Of a stretch of 64,000 nucleotides of DNA, positions 29,241 to 39,425 are shown piece after piece. Under the pieces are notes generated by a model. The model was not told where the DNA came from and searched no databases. It saw only the letters and a program-made list of their open reading frames with translations. A program made the position numbers and the translations under genes. This DNA comes from a virus. Its lineage: Duplodnaviria; Heunggongvirae; Uroviricota; Caudoviricetes. The DNA is taken from IMG/VR virus record IMGVR_UViG_3300031555_003397, one strand, 5' to 3'. Every line of letters begins with the position of its first letter. Position 1 is the stretch's first letter.

Positions 29241-30554
29241 TTAACCAGCCGTTATTTTCCAATCTGATGATGTTTTCATATATGGAATAACCAGTTTCCA
29301 GGGTTTTGTATCTGTGGAACTAGAAGGATAATACATCCATACCATTGCTATTTTATATTTATCAGTGTTATTAATAAATAAACGTACTGAACCATCTGCT
29401 TTCCAAATAGCAATGTAAGTTATATTAGAAGAAATTTCCTGCTCTGTTCCTGCTGCCAACAGACCAGAGGTTTGAGTTTCGGAAGTTCCCCATCCAAGAA
29501 ATTTATAACCTACGCGAGTAGGAGTAGGTAGAGTTATTTTACCTTTAACATCATTGTGAGTCCAATATGCATATACAGTTGTTGCCGATTCATAATACGC
29601 TGCAGCATTTGCACTTGAAGCAGAGGCAGAGGTAGCCCAACCACCAAAAGTCCATTTTCTTGTAGTTTTTACAACTTCAGAAGAAGTAGATACTATTCCT
29701 CCGTTAGCATTAAACTAAACAGTATACTATAATGATGCTGGATAAGTAGGGTCTTTAATTGGCTTTGTTAAATTAGAAATATAATTATTAGTATAAGTAT
29801 AGGAATTTTTAGATGTATATATAGGATACAAGGCTATATCATAACTAGGCATTATATAACTTCCACCAGGATTATAAGTAGTACCATTACCATTAGCGCT
29901 TGTATTCCAAGAGCTAAAAGTATAATTAGTTTGTCCACTTTTTATAGCAGTAATCGAAGTAGTAGTTGTATTTTTATTACCAAAATAACCGCCATTACCA
30001 TTACCAGTAATAATAAAATTAGAATCTGCTAAAAGAGTACTACTTTTAGAAGGGCCAGAAGATAAAACAGTAAAAGAACTTCCTGCAGTATATTGATAAT
30101 AAGCATAATAACTTCCATCTGGCTTATAGTAATCAACCCAGTACAATGGATTATATGGCGTTAAACCAGAAGCCGAAGTAAAGGTGACTCTAATACTTCT
30201 AGCACCAGCGCTAGCAGAAGAACCTCCAACATCAATATAATAGCTAGTTCCTAAGGTTGCAGTACCAGAGGTATTTGTACTTACAGTTACTTCAAAAGTA
30301 CAAAAAATTCTCTCAGTACCATCTAAGGTATTACTAATGCCGCTACTAAAATTATCAAGATAAGAACTACCTCTACAATAAGGTGAATTTAGACCATAGT
30401 TAGAATCAATACGTCTTCCCTTTACTGTAACAGATAAAGTTCTTGAAGAACCATAGCTTCCAGTTTCAGAAACAGTTACAGAGGTAATACCAATAACGTT
30501 TTTACCTTTTCCCGCAGCGTCGGTAGATGCTATGCTATAATTTAAAGAGGCCAT
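29241..30554 (-). CDS. Tail-fibre / receptor-binding-like protein (S/T/G/N/Y-rich); in-frame TAGs
   Basis: Track fragments 29727-30554 and 29241-29459 join through TAG codons. Stop TAA at 29241. Confidence 0.45.
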
Positions 30555-31029
30555 TCAATCACCCCGTAACAACAAAATAAAGCTAGCCAACTGTACCAGT
30601 AATTCCAGCATCATTAGGGTTAGTATTGCCATAACTACTATCATCAACTACAATTGCACCATTAGCAGTTAATAATCCAGAAATTGTGACTGCTTTACTA
30701 AAAGTAGTTGCTCCGCTTACTGTTCCGCCAGAAGAAGCAAAAGCGCCAATATCACTACGAATTTGAGCTGGGGTTCTTGAATAAACTACATTATTATCAT
30801 CAGCCACTAAAATTTTGGATTGTTTAGCTGTGGCCGCTGGTATCGTAGGAATAACTAAATAATTAGAAGAATTTACTAAACCACTTGCTGCCAATCCAGT
30901 TAATTGCTAAATAATTCCATCATTATTTATATAGAGCGCGCCATCTTTAACATAACCAAGTTCAAAAGGAGCTAAATTTGAAGTTGTCGGTACGCTACTA
31001 CCATGTTTAATCTAAATTGTATTTGCCAT
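30551..31029 (-). CDS. Tail-fibre-associated protein; 3 in-frame TAG
   Basis: RBS ggaggtaaaaa, then ATG. Frame MANTI*IKHG... is open to TGA at about 30551. Confidence 0.4.
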
Positions 31030-31086
31030 TTTTACCTCCATATATCAGAATATGGTGAGCCTCAAAATTGAAGCTCACCTTATCTG

Positions 31087-31515
31087 TTAGGGCATAAGGC
31101 CCTTTAACATTTCAAGATATTTAATTTCCGGAACGATAAGCCATTTGAGCAAATCACCGACTTCCATAGGAAGTGTACCCAAGGAAGCAACTCCAAAGAT
31201 ACCTGCGGTAATAACCAAAACCGTACCTGCACCAGACATCCAATTAGAGGAATATCCACTATACCACCAAAAGTTATCCTGTTTAGTAGCTCTTATCTTG
31301 GCGCTAGCCTTGAAACACTTCACGAGAACAACTAAAGCATATACAATAGATGCAACTTGAATGACAATCCACAAACAACTGGAAACAATTTCCAATAGTC
31401 TATATCGTCCGAGAATATCCATTACTTGAGGCCAAACATTCTCAGAAGACCAGTCAATAGCAATGCCAAGCTGTTCTCCGAGATAATTCAGCACATTAAT
31501 AATTTCTTGACTCAT
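31087..31515 (-). CDS. Membrane protein (142 aa)
   Basis: Three to four TM helices. Confidence 0.45.
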   Translation of the reverse strand: MSQEIINVLNYLGEQLGIAIDWSSENVWPQVMDILGRYRLLEIVSSCLWIVIQVASIVYALVVLVKCFKASAKIRATKQDNFWWYSGYSSNWMSGAGTVLVITAGIFGVASLGTLPMEVGDLLKWLIVPEIKYLEMLKGLMP

Positions 31516-31526
31516 AATTACTCCTT

Positions 31527-32468
31527 TTAAGGAACGTTAATAATGGGAGTGCTGTCGCCATAAATATAAGGCAGCTCACCATTCCACTTTTCATAGTACA
31601 TCTTTTCCAGCAGAGCGGGAGTCATAGACTGAGAAAGCAGGTCATTAGCTTTAGCTTCAGCCTCAGCAAGCATAATCATAGCCTGCGCCTCTGCTTCTGC
31701 CTTGGCAATATTTGCATCATTCTTATTCTGCTGAATTACCAGCTCCTGCTCAGATGCAAACTTAGCATCAATTGCCTTCTGAATTTCATTGTTTTCATAA
31801 GAAACGCCTTCCTTCATGCCAAGAACGGTAATGGTAATACCATACTCCTCGAAGTAAGGAATAACATATTCTTTAACAGCTTCCATAATTTCGCCCTTCT
31901 TGGCGCCCAGCTCTGTAGAAGTATACTTCGCAGTTTCAATATTGAATCGGTCTTCAACCAGCTTCTTGATGTCGGTATCAATAACAGTTTCCAGGGGAGT
32001 GTTATTATAACGATACAGGAACTTTGCAGCGTCCTTTTCCTCAATCATTGCAGTACAGTTCATGCCGACATAAATACCAATCTGATCAGCAGTTTCACCA
32101 AAGATGGCCTTATTAGCAGAGGCTGCAGTGGAATCACCAGATTCCCAAGAGCGAGAAACAGGCTTACGCTCAACAACAATCAGAGTTGCGGAAGGCTTCC
32201 AATCGCCCATCCAATGCTTACGACCAGTCTGAACCCAGCGGTGAGGAATCTGAATTTCCTTGGTTGCTACTTTGGCTTCAGTCAACAGCTCTTCGGATTC
32301 AAACGCGGACTGAGTTGTAGAATCGCCCACCAGAGGAATAAGGAAAGCGGTCTGAGAAGCTTCAATGGTTACAAATTCAGGTGTGTCATAGGGCTTGCGA
32401 CAGCCCGTGAACAGGGTACAGGCCATAACAATGACCAGCAGCAGGGTAATTAGCTTTTTGATTTTCAT
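31527..32468 (-). CDS. SPFH/band-7 domain lipoprotein
   Basis: Signal peptide plus lipobox FTGC. Ala/Glu-rich SPFH C-terminus. Confidence 0.5.
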   Translation of the reverse strand: MKIKKLITLLLVIVMACTLFTGCRKPYDTPEFVTIEASQTAFLIPLVGDSTTQSAFESEELLTEAKVATKEIQIPHRWVQTGRKHWMGDWKPSATLIVVERKPVSRSWESGDSTAASANKAIFGETADQIGIYVGMNCTAMIEEKDAAKFLYRYNNTPLETVIDTDIKKLVEDRFNIETAKYTSTELGAKKGEIMEAVKEYVIPYFEEYGITITVLGMKEGVSYENNEIQKAIDAKFASEQELVIQQNKNDANIAKAEAEAQAMIMLAEAEAKANDLLSQSMTPALLEKMYYEKWNGELPYIYGDSTPIINVP

Positions 32469-32471
32469 GTT

Positions 32472-32765
32472 TTAATTTTCTCCTTTGTTGATTTTAATAA
32501 ATTCTGCTATATCATAAATGACCGTACCTGCAAAGAAGCAAATAATCAAGTCATAGTATGAATTAAATAAATTCCGGAAATGGATAAAACCATCCCAAGC
32601 GGCAAAGGCATAATTATCATTTTCAAATTGCGCCATTGCCATTTCATTTGTGAATCCAGGGAAATTTATTACATAGGAAGCAATTCCTAAGATAATCGCA
32701 AAGGTGAAAATCTTAAATATAAGATGCTTTACAAGCCGTTTTATTCGTTGCTTTTTTGTAGTCAT
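32472..32765 (-). CDS. Small membrane protein
   Basis: Two TM helices. Confidence 0.4.
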   Translation of the reverse strand: MTTKKQRIKRLVKHLIFKIFTFAIILGIASYVINFPGFTNEMAMAQFENDNYAFAAWDGFIHFRNLFNSYYDLIICFFAGTVIYDIAEFIKINKGEN

Positions 32766-33241
32766 AATTCTACCTCGTCTAACATTTTTGCTGTGTTAAT
32801 AAAAATTTGTTTTAACTGGTCATCATAACCAAACCGCTGAGCATTTAGTTCAATACTTTTCAGCAGATTACCGTCGCGCTGACGTTCACCAGCAGCTTTC
32901 CAGTCGCAAAGCATTTCAATAATATCTACCAAATTCATATCATTGATTCCTTTACTGAAATGCTCTGGGTGATGACGAGAATTTGCATAGTGGTGTTCAA
33001 GAGCGGGTTTTAATCCAGCTAAACTCTCTTTGTATTCTTCTGAACCATATTTCAACTCAGCAAGCCGAGGAGTGAACTCAGTAAACAATTCTACCTCAGG
33101 ACTCTCCAGTTTACTTTTGTCATGAGTAACTCCTCTAGTGGTTAACTTATCAGTAATAATGCGTAAGTAGTATCGAACTCTTTCAATATGTTTGATAGTT
33201 TCGACTTTACATTCAGCTTCTGTCATTTTAATCTCCTTCAA
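32762..33241 (-). CDS. Hypothetical His-rich protein
   Basis: HHYANSRHHPEHF. Confidence 0.4.
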   Translation of the reverse strand: MKEIKMTEAECKVETIKHIERVRYYLRIITDKLTTRGVTHDKSKLESPEVELFTEFTPRLAELKYGSEEYKESLAGLKPALEHHYANSRHHPEHFSKGINDMNLVDIIEMLCDWKAAGERQRDGNLLKSIELNAQRFGYDDQLKQIFINTAKMLDEVEL

Positions 33242-33555
33242 ACTTCAAAAGGAACGCCACCTTGCTCTTTCATAGCTTCTACATGGTCTTCATTGGATTC
33301 ATCGTAAGACTCAACAACCCAGTCAATATCACTCATCATGTCCATGTATTCGCTTTCGTCAATTTCTTCTTCGGTCATTCCTTCTTCTTCATAATAAATA
33401 TATTCCTCATCGCTAGGATAGTTACAATCATAAGAATAGTAGCAATCCCGGGCGGCGCTCTCAGCATAATCTTCAGCCCTTTCAGCGGTTTCGGCTTCAA
33501 TAATCAACTGCTCATGAGTAACAGAACAGCCATATTTAATATAGAATAGGGACAT
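33238..33555 (-). CDS. Hypothetical acidic protein
   Basis: ORF. Confidence 0.4.
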   Translation of the reverse strand: MSLFYIKYGCSVTHEQLIIEAETAERAEDYAESAARDCYYSYDCNYPSDEEYIYYEEEGMTEEEIDESEYMDMMSDIDWVVESYDESNEDHVEAMKEQGGVPFEV

Positions 33556-33611
33556 TATTTCCTCCTTAACTTTGTATATATATTATACTATAAATTTCTA
33601 AAAAAGTCAAA

Positions 33612-35184
33612 ATTAGTAAGCATAATTACCAATATTTAACCCCTTCATTGTTGTTTTAATAGTGATACCATTACCAATTAAGTGATTAAAAACGCTTGTA
33701 TTTTTCGCAGTCGGCGCCCAAGCATGGCCCAACCATTTCCAAAATTCATTTGGTCCTCTAGATGGACCTTCATCCCAATGAATTCCAGAATTGCATATAA
33801 TTTTAGTTTCAATATTTTCAATGCATCCTTGATAGAAGGCTAATATTCTTGAACCTGGAACAAAATATTGCTAACTAATATTATAAAAACAAACTGTATC
33901 ACTAATATCGGCTATAGCAGTTCTAAGTAGCTCTGCTGTATATTCTTTTTCTAATACATCTTCTAGGTCGTAAATAGTACCAAAGTAATGTTTGTTGATA
34001 TCAGCATTGAAGAAGAAGTTAGCAAGAAATCCAGTAAAAGATTGTGAATCACCAAAATACTGCGCGACTTCGTTGGGATGCTGTTTTACTTCAATATTAC
34101 TTCGTGTGAAAGCACCATTGGGGCCTGCGTTGACAGAATAGTTTTTAACCTATATACCAAAAGCATCAAATATCTAAACGTCTTGTTTGCCCAGATTCTG
34201 ACCAACAACTTCCGCTATTGATTCATCTAGACGCCCGCCGGTTTTCAAGTAAAGATAATTAATTAATAAAGCCGTACCAAATTCACCAAATGCACCTAAT
34301 AAACCATTTCTAACATTACTACCTATAAAAAACAGATTATATCCAGAGGATAAAACCGAATCCAAAGTTGTGTCTAAGGCCTAATTAAATTCAGCGCTAC
34401 CAGAGCCACCAAAATATTGCTTTAATTCTGTGCGTATATCTCTAATTGCTTGGTCTAATTCTGCTTTAGTCTAAGTTGGATTTTCAGCCATACCCTTTTT
34501 AATATCGGCCATTGTATAGCCCCAAGGATAGGGACGGTATTTAATTATCTAAGATAATTCACTAGTTGTAACTCGATTACCTCCAAGCTCTATAGTAATC
34601 ATTTTATCTAGCTCTGTATCAGAATATAGAAAAGAAGCAAGTGCTTCAGTATTAAAAGAAGATAAATGATAATTTTTTTTCATTAGCCTATTTACCATTC
34701 TTTTAAGACTATTAACATTTCCTTTTACAGTTATGCCTAAGTCTACCGGCTATCTAAAAGCGGCGCTTAAAGCTTTTGAAATCTTGTCCATTTCGCTTTG
34801 CGCTTGATTGGTATTGATTTTAATATTTAAATCAAACTCATTCATATCTCGAGTTCCAGTCTTACCACCTATTAGCTTACTAATAAACTTAGATACATTT
34901 TCATTTGACGCTCGTCTTAAAAGTTTTCCATCATCAGAATTCATCATCATCCGTAATAAATCCATAAACTCTTCATATGAGTTACATCCAAATTTTTTAT
35001 AAAAAGCCAGCTCTTTTGCTTCCAAAGCATCTATTCCACCAGAAATAGAGTTTAATTCTTTCATTGCATCTTTGGCGTTTTTAAGAAAAGCATTAAAGCG
35101 GAAATAATGGTAATTGGTATGTAAAGTAGTATTTCCATAAGAAGCTTGATATAATTCACCCATGGTTCTATATTCATTACTCAT
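33612..35184 (-). CDS. Large structural protein candidate (~520 aa); about 9 in-frame TAG
   Basis: The 34750-35184 ORF runs through a TAG at 34750 into one frame interrupted only by TAG. The 3-prime end is approximate. Confidence 0.4.
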
Positions 35185-35320
35185 TAAATCACCTCTAATT
35201 CTAAGTAAAACAAACCAAAAAAAAGTAGAGGAAAATCATGCGATTTTCCCCTACGGTATATAAAAACTGCCTGTAATCTCATGGAGGTGGCGATGAGATT
35301 CTTAAGGCAGAATTTTCTGG

Positions 35321-35392
35321 TACAGGATAAGGGAGTCGAACCCCTATCTAACGGTTCGTAGCCGCTTACTCTCTCCATTGAGCTAATCCTGT
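35321..35392 (-). tRNA. tRNA-Arg(ACG)
   Basis: Acceptor ACAGGAT/ATCCTGT, T-loop TTCGACT, anticodon loop CTACGAA, CCA encoded. Confidence 0.7.
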
Positions 35393-35541
35393 ATATATGC
35401 AGTTTTCTCGCCATTCAAGCGGTATTCCAGGCATACGGTAACCCTCTCATTCACCACGATTACGTAGCTTACTTTGACTCCTGCAAACCGTGGTAGTGGC
35501 TCCATATGAACTGCCTGGACAACGCATATTTCATCGCCTGG

Positions 35542-35616
35542 TATACCCGAGTGGATTCGAACCACTGACCGACTGCTTAGAAGGCAGTTGCTGCTGTCCT
35601 ACTGAGCTACGGGTAC
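35542..35616 (-). tRNA. tRNA-Arg(TCT)
   Basis: Anticodon stem ACTGC/GCAGT, loop CTTCTAA, T-loop TTCGAAT. Confidence 0.65.
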
Positions 35617-35785
35617 ATATACCAGTTTAACCCTCGCGAAACCATACACGTTTTGACCTCAACCGTCGCACTCAAAATCGCATCCAACTGGCAAGTCTTG
35701 TGGAATGGTATCCCGCAAACCATTCCTGCGGCGCTCTAGCTCTCAGTGGCGCCGTCATTTTGAGAGCAGAAGCGGGATTTTTTGG

Positions 35786-35858
35786 TGCATCGTGAGGGAT
35801 TTGAACCCCCAACCTTGACATTAAGAGTGTCCTACTCTACCAATTAAGTTAACGATGC
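35786..35858 (-). tRNA. tRNA-Lys(CTT)
   Basis: Acceptor GCATCGT/ACGATGC, loop CTCTTAA. Confidence 0.6.
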
Positions 35859-36350
35859 AAATTGTTTATCAAAAGAATAATCTTCCATTAACCGAATACC
35901 AACTTTTTGATTATTTTTAGGAGGTATAGTCCTTATAAATAAAGTAATGGGAATATCTTCGTTATCTGGAATAAATAAACCACACCAATCATTTTCTAAA
36001 CAATAAAGGAAAAATATGTCTACTTCATTTTTAGAATAATGATTACTAGACCAAGTACCTTTCGTATAATTAGTAGTCTTTGTGGCAAATTCCATTTTAC
36101 CATCTTTAATATTTGCAGTACTTTTAACTTGTACTCGATATAACTTATTATCTTTTTCAATAATTAAATCATAACGAACATTATTAGTTAAAGGTTTAGA
36201 AACTGGAATTTGTTTCTTTGTGAATAATGCAATAGCTTGTGCCTCTCCTATATCTCCAATAGTAACTGTATTTAGCATTTTATCATCTCCTTGTATTATT
36301 AAGTAAAAGTAATAAATATTAAATACAGAAACTTCGGAAAACTTTGTCAA
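35844..36350 (-). CDS. PD-(D/E)XK-family putative homing endonuclease (paralog 1)
   Basis: YDLIIEKDNKLYRVQVKST. Paralogous to 45589-46002 and 46602-47009. Confidence 0.45.
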   Translation of the reverse strand: MTKFSEVSVFNIYYFYLIIQGDDKMLNTVTIGDIGEAQAIALFTKKQIPVSKPLTNNVRYDLIIEKDNKLYRVQVKSTANIKDGKMEFATKTTNYTKGTWSSNHYSKNEVDIFFLYCLENDWCGLFIPDNEDIPITLFIRTIPPKNNQKVGIRLMEDYSFDKQFASLT

Positions 36351-36365
36351 GTGGTCTCAGTTTGG

Positions 36366-36437
36366 AGGCTTAGGCGGAATTCGAATCCACGACCTCTCGC
36401 TTACCAAGCGAGTGCACTACCACTGTGCTACTAAGCC
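36366..36437 (-). tRNA. tRNA-Thr(GGT)
   Basis: Acceptor GGCTTAG/CTAAGCC, loop TTGGTAA. Confidence 0.7.
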
Positions 36438-36487
36438 ATTTAGAAAAATTGCTCCGAAACCTTTCGGCGCCGGAGCCGGAGCCTTGG

Positions 36488-36560
36488 TGAAGACGGTGGG
36501 ATTCGAACCCACACTGGATAGGGCCTAAACCTATTGCCTCTTCCGTTGGGCTACGTCTCC
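36488..36560 (-). tRNA. Type-I tRNA with Leu anticodon UAG (short variable arm)
   Basis: Anticodon stem ATAGG/CCTAT, loop TTTAGGC, variable arm CCAGT, discriminator A. Confidence 0.55.
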
Positions 36561-36697
36561 ATTTATAATTCAAGGTAAAGCCGTTTTCTAAACCCTTGAC
36601 CTGCTATCCGCCAAAATAACAGGTTTTAGCGTGTGATTCTTTTTCTGTTGGCGCAGTCACACGTCATTTGTCCTATCACTCGGACTCGGCGTACTGG

Positions 36698-36770
36698 TGA
36701 TTCCATGGAGGTTCGAACTCCAATTTCAGCCTTGAGAGGGCCGTTTCCTAACCGATTAGAAGATGGAACC
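36698..36770 (-). tRNA. tRNA-Glu(CTC)
   Basis: D-stem TTCT/GGAA, loop CTCTCAA, T-arm TGGAG-TTCGAAC-CTCCA. Confidence 0.55.
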
Positions 36771-36772
36771 AT

Positions 36773-37078
36773 TTACATTATACAATCCCTAATAATTCGT
36801 TGTTTAACAAGAGTGTCATATTTATCAAATTCATCCCAGTAAACTGCATAGGTGCCACCAGGAAGAACTAATTCACCAGAATGGTCATAGCACTTACCTT
36901 TATATTCTACAAAGAAATGTCCATAAATCGCATCGTAAACAATCCGACTTTCTGGAAATCTATCTTTAAGAATCAAGGCAAAGTAATAACAATTGCCATC
37001 GCGCCAATTACAATCTTTTGAAAATCTTCGGTTAATGAACTCAATCACTTCATCTTGCATTTTAACTCTCCGCAACAA
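36773..37078 (-). CDS. Hypothetical protein
   Basis: ORF. Confidence 0.4.
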   Translation of the reverse strand: MLRRVKMQDEVIEFINRRFSKDCNWRDGNCYYFALILKDRFPESRIVYDAIYGHFFVEYKGKCYDHSGELVLPGGTYAVYWDEFDKYDTLVKQRIIRDCIM

Positions 37079-37286
37079 TACCAGTTCTTCGATAAATCAT
37101 CTTTGCAAGCATATCAGAATGTTTTAACTCTTCGGCAATGATTTTACGAACTTCTTGCTTTTCGCGTTCACTAAGTTCATTTTCAAAACAATGAAGAATC
37201 TTATAATAACCTTGACGAGCTTCTGCTTCATCAGCAATATTTTCTTCAAGTAATTGACACAATGAAAAATCAACCTAAGGCATTAA
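37062..37286 (-). CDS. Small hypothetical protein; TAG as third codon
   Basis: RBS ggagtg plus ATG 37286, then CCT TAG GTT, then the track ORF. Confidence 0.35.
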
Positions 37287-37299
37287 ATCACTCCTATAA

Positions 37300-37330
37300 A
37301 TAAAAAGCGGTAGCGGAATTCTATTGGCCG
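37300..37330 (-). terminator. GC hairpin plus T-run (minus strand) before the RBS of 37062-37286
   Basis: GCGGCCAATAGAATTCCGCTACCGC TTTTTATTT. Confidence 0.35.
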
Positions 37331-37607
37331 CAATTTGTTTGCTTAGTCCGCGGAGAGGTACCGGTGTCATTAACCTCAATTTGTTGTTTACCATCCGGCT
37401 CGCTTTCGCTCAACTTATTTATAAGTCATAGGAGTTGTCAACCTATTAGTAAGTTTACTTCGCTTCCTTATACCGCGTTTTCCGCTAAGCCACATACACC
37501 GCGCGAGGTAACCAACGATAACTCCTCTGGCGGGAAGTGGTAGTTTAACTTACAAATCCGTGTTAACGCGCTTAGGGCCACATCCTAAGAATTTGAAACG
37601 TGGTTGG

Positions 37608-37677
37608 GTGCACGGCTGGGGTCGAACCCAGATTACTAGGTAATGAGTCTAGCGTCCTACCTTTAGACGACCCTGCA
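37608..37677 (-). tRNA. tRNA-Met/Ile2(CAT) copy 1
   Basis: Anticodon stem CTAGA/CCTAG, loop CTCATTA (T at position 37), T-arm CTGGG-TTCGACC-CCCAG. Confidence 0.5.
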
Positions 37678-37683
37678 ATATGG

Positions 37684-37754
37684 TTGCGAGCGAACGATTC
37701 GAACGTTGTCTTCTGGTAATGAGCCAGATGAGCTACCTTTGCTCCACCCTCGCA
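37684..37754 (-). tRNA. tRNA-Met/Ile2(CAT) copy 2
   Basis: D-stem GAGC/GCTC, anticodon stem TCTGG/CCAGA, loop CTCATTA. Confidence 0.55.
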
Positions 37755-37890
37755 ATATTCAACTGAATCCTCTCCTAACAGCGTACAATGCCTTACGCAC
37801 TTGGGTGTTGCCCTCTTTCGAGGTCGCAGGGTTTCTGGTTTGAGAGGACTTACTACAAACCCTTTTTCAGCTTCGCCTTCAAGGAAAACT

Positions 37891-38020
37891 AGATGCATTT
37901 GGTGTTATTTACGCGCGTCTACCAATTCCGCCACACTCTTCATTTGGGAAGAGTGATGGGATTCGAACCCACAATGTACGTGCTCCTCAAGCATTAACTA
38001 AATAATTGCTGTATGCACCT
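37891..38020 (-). ncRNA. Circularly permuted tRNA-like RNA 2 (YrlA / Y-RNA-like architecture)
   Basis: T-arm GTGGG-TTCGAAT-CCCAT, then CACTCTT-C-CCA-AATG-AAGAGTG as a closed acceptor with CCA, then D-arm TG-GCGG-AATTGGTAGA-CGCG. About 10-bp stem between the ends (AGGTGCAT/ATGCATCT). Confidence 0.5.
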
Positions 38021-38063
38021 AAATGGAATACAAAAACAGTTTTGTCTGTTTCTTAGGAAAGGA

Positions 38064-38198
38064 GCTAGATGCGTTTTGTGTTTTAAAACTCTACCACTTG
38101 AGCTACTCAGCGGAGGTGTCTCCGTCAAGATGGGACTCGAACCCATAACCCTCTGATTTTAAGTCAGTTAACAGTATAGTTGCTGCACGCATCTAAAA
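38064..38198 (-). ncRNA. Circularly permuted tRNA-like RNA 1 (YrlA / Y-RNA-like architecture)
   Basis: Order on the minus strand: 8-bp terminal stem, T-arm ATGGG-TTCGAGT-CCCAT, 10-bp closed acceptor-like hairpin with ACAC loop, D-arm TAGCTCAAGTGGTAGAG, stem return. Own consensus promoter at 38225-38262. Confidence 0.5.
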
Positions 38199-38224
38199 TA
38201 ATTGACAGTTTTTCTTCATTCATT

Positions 38225-38262
38225 TTGTAAATATATTATACATTAAATTTACATAAATTTCA
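38225..38262 (-). promoter_or_regulatory. Conserved promoter copy driving permuted tRNA-like RNA 1
   Basis: Minus strand TTGAAA-17-TATAAT. Confidence 0.5.
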
Positions 38263-38279
38263 AATTTTGGTACCCGAAA

Positions 38280-38897
38280 TTAATAACTCCATCTATATCC
38301 ATAAGCGGTTTTCCGTTTACCTAAACAAACTTCTTGAATATGACTACTTTTTCGTTTACCTAAAAAAGAATAGGCATCAATGATTTTAGGGAAAACTTTA
38401 ATAATTTCTCCCGTATTTTTATCAAGCATTTTTACAATTTTATTTTGCCATTGACCACAATTAGCTTGACGTTGTTGCTTAGTTATTCCACTGTTAGAAA
38501 GAATTAAAGCTATACTTTTATCAGAATATCCAGTAATCTTTTCAATTTCTGAACAATTATATCCTTCAGAATAAAGTTGATTTACTAAATCATAATCCAG
38601 AAAAGGTCTACCATCTCCTCCAATTGTTGCATTATAACCAAATTTAAACGAACCAAAAAATTCAATCCAATATCTTTCTCGCTCATTTAAATTTTCAGTA
38701 GAACATTCCTCAATTTTCTCAATAGAAAAATGTTCAATACCATATTTTATCATTGCATCATATAAAGGGCGTTTTTCATTTCTACTTTTGTTGTAGTCTG
38801 ATAAATGTTCTTTCCATCTACTTTCAATGGTCTTAATGGTCTTTCCAATGTAAATCTTTCCATTTACATCATTAGTAATTTTATAAATGTATGGCAT
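38280..38897 (-). CDS. GIY-YIG homing endonuclease (SegB-like)
   Basis: YIYKITNDVNGKIYIGKT..RWKEH. Confidence 0.65.
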   Translation of the reverse strand: MPYIYKITNDVNGKIYIGKTIKTIESRWKEHLSDYNKSRNEKRPLYDAMIKYGIEHFSIEKIEECSTENLNERERYWIEFFGSFKFGYNATIGGDGRPFLDYDLVNQLYSEGYNCSEIEKITGYSDKSIALILSNSGITKQQRQANCGQWQNKIVKMLDKNTGEIIKVFPKIIDAYSFLGKRKSSHIQEVCLGKRKTAYGYRWSY

Positions 38898-38920
38898 AAT
38901 TAAATACCTCCATATTATTG

Positions 38921-39000
38921 GTAGGGGATATCGGACTTGAACCGATACGAATAACAGTGGTTTTTGAGACCACCCCGTCTACCTATTCCAGCAATCCCCC
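38921..39000 (-). tRNA. tRNA-Leu(CAA) (type II)
   Basis: Anticodon stem GTGGT/ACCAC, loop CTCAAAA, long variable arm. Confidence 0.6.
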
Positions 39001-39345
39001 ATAAGCGTGGGATATTTCTATGTCCGGACTACCCTCCCACCGGGCACCTCTTTCATCCCCGAGGCGGGCTCGTTCTCGTCGAACTAATTTGGACACTAAA
39101 CACCAGCGGTTATGACTCCTATGTACCGCTTTTACTGCTGTGCACGCAGTTGAGGACTAACTTTTCCGGCTACATTTCCTCCCATAGTGTAAGCATCTCG
39201 TCGGATTCGCACCTCTCGGCCAATCCGCAAGTTGAGGAGCAGTAGTTTCCTCTGTAATTTTGTTATCCCAGGGAGAAACATACTAATTACCTGGACCGGA
39301 TTGATTACCGGAACATCGATGTTAAGCCGTGCTAACCACGGTGGT

Positions 39346-39425
39346 GGGCAGGGTGGGTGTCGAGCCCACTACCTTAAAAAGAACGGATTTACAGTCCGCC
39401 GCGTTTGCCGATTCGCTACCTACCC
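39346..39425 (-). tRNA. tRNA-Tyr(GTA) (type II)
   Basis: Acceptor GGGTAGG/CCTGCCC, loop CTGTAAA, long variable arm. Confidence 0.55.

Noticed and set aside
35577-35590. Plus-strand cttagaa (minus TTCTAAG) looked like a CUA suppressor anticodon loop in the tRNA at 35542-35616
   Set aside because: The only perfect 5-bp anticodon stem (ACTGC/GCAGT) frames the loop as CTTCTAA, so the anticodon is UCU (Arg).
36437-36450. tttagaa just 5-prime of tRNA-Thr(GGT) as a possible suppressor loop
   Set aside because: No flanking complementary stem. It lies in a leader.
36370-36573. Track ORFs inside the tRNA array (36370-36573, 39626-39859, 39907-40101, 40503-41063, 41855-42139, 42811-43079, 44404-45112, 47698-47940, 48511-48891, 49531-50243, 51143-51549)
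   Set aside because: They overlap confidently folded tRNAs or GC-rich structured RNA, lack an RBS, and have no recognisable protein features.
38060-38125. Reading the D-arm at 38090-38120 and the T-arm at 37950-37975 as one ordinary tRNA with an intron
   Set aside because: The acceptor strands do not match across units (CGCTGAG against CACTCTT). Each T-arm is instead followed directly by a complementary acceptor hairpin, which gives the permuted, Y-RNA-like reading.
39001-39340. tmRNA in the noncoding stretches 39001-39340 and 44240-45200
   Set aside because: No tRNA-like 5-prime or 3-prime ends pairing as an acceptor, and no plausible resume-codon or tag reading frame. Left as unassigned structured RNA.
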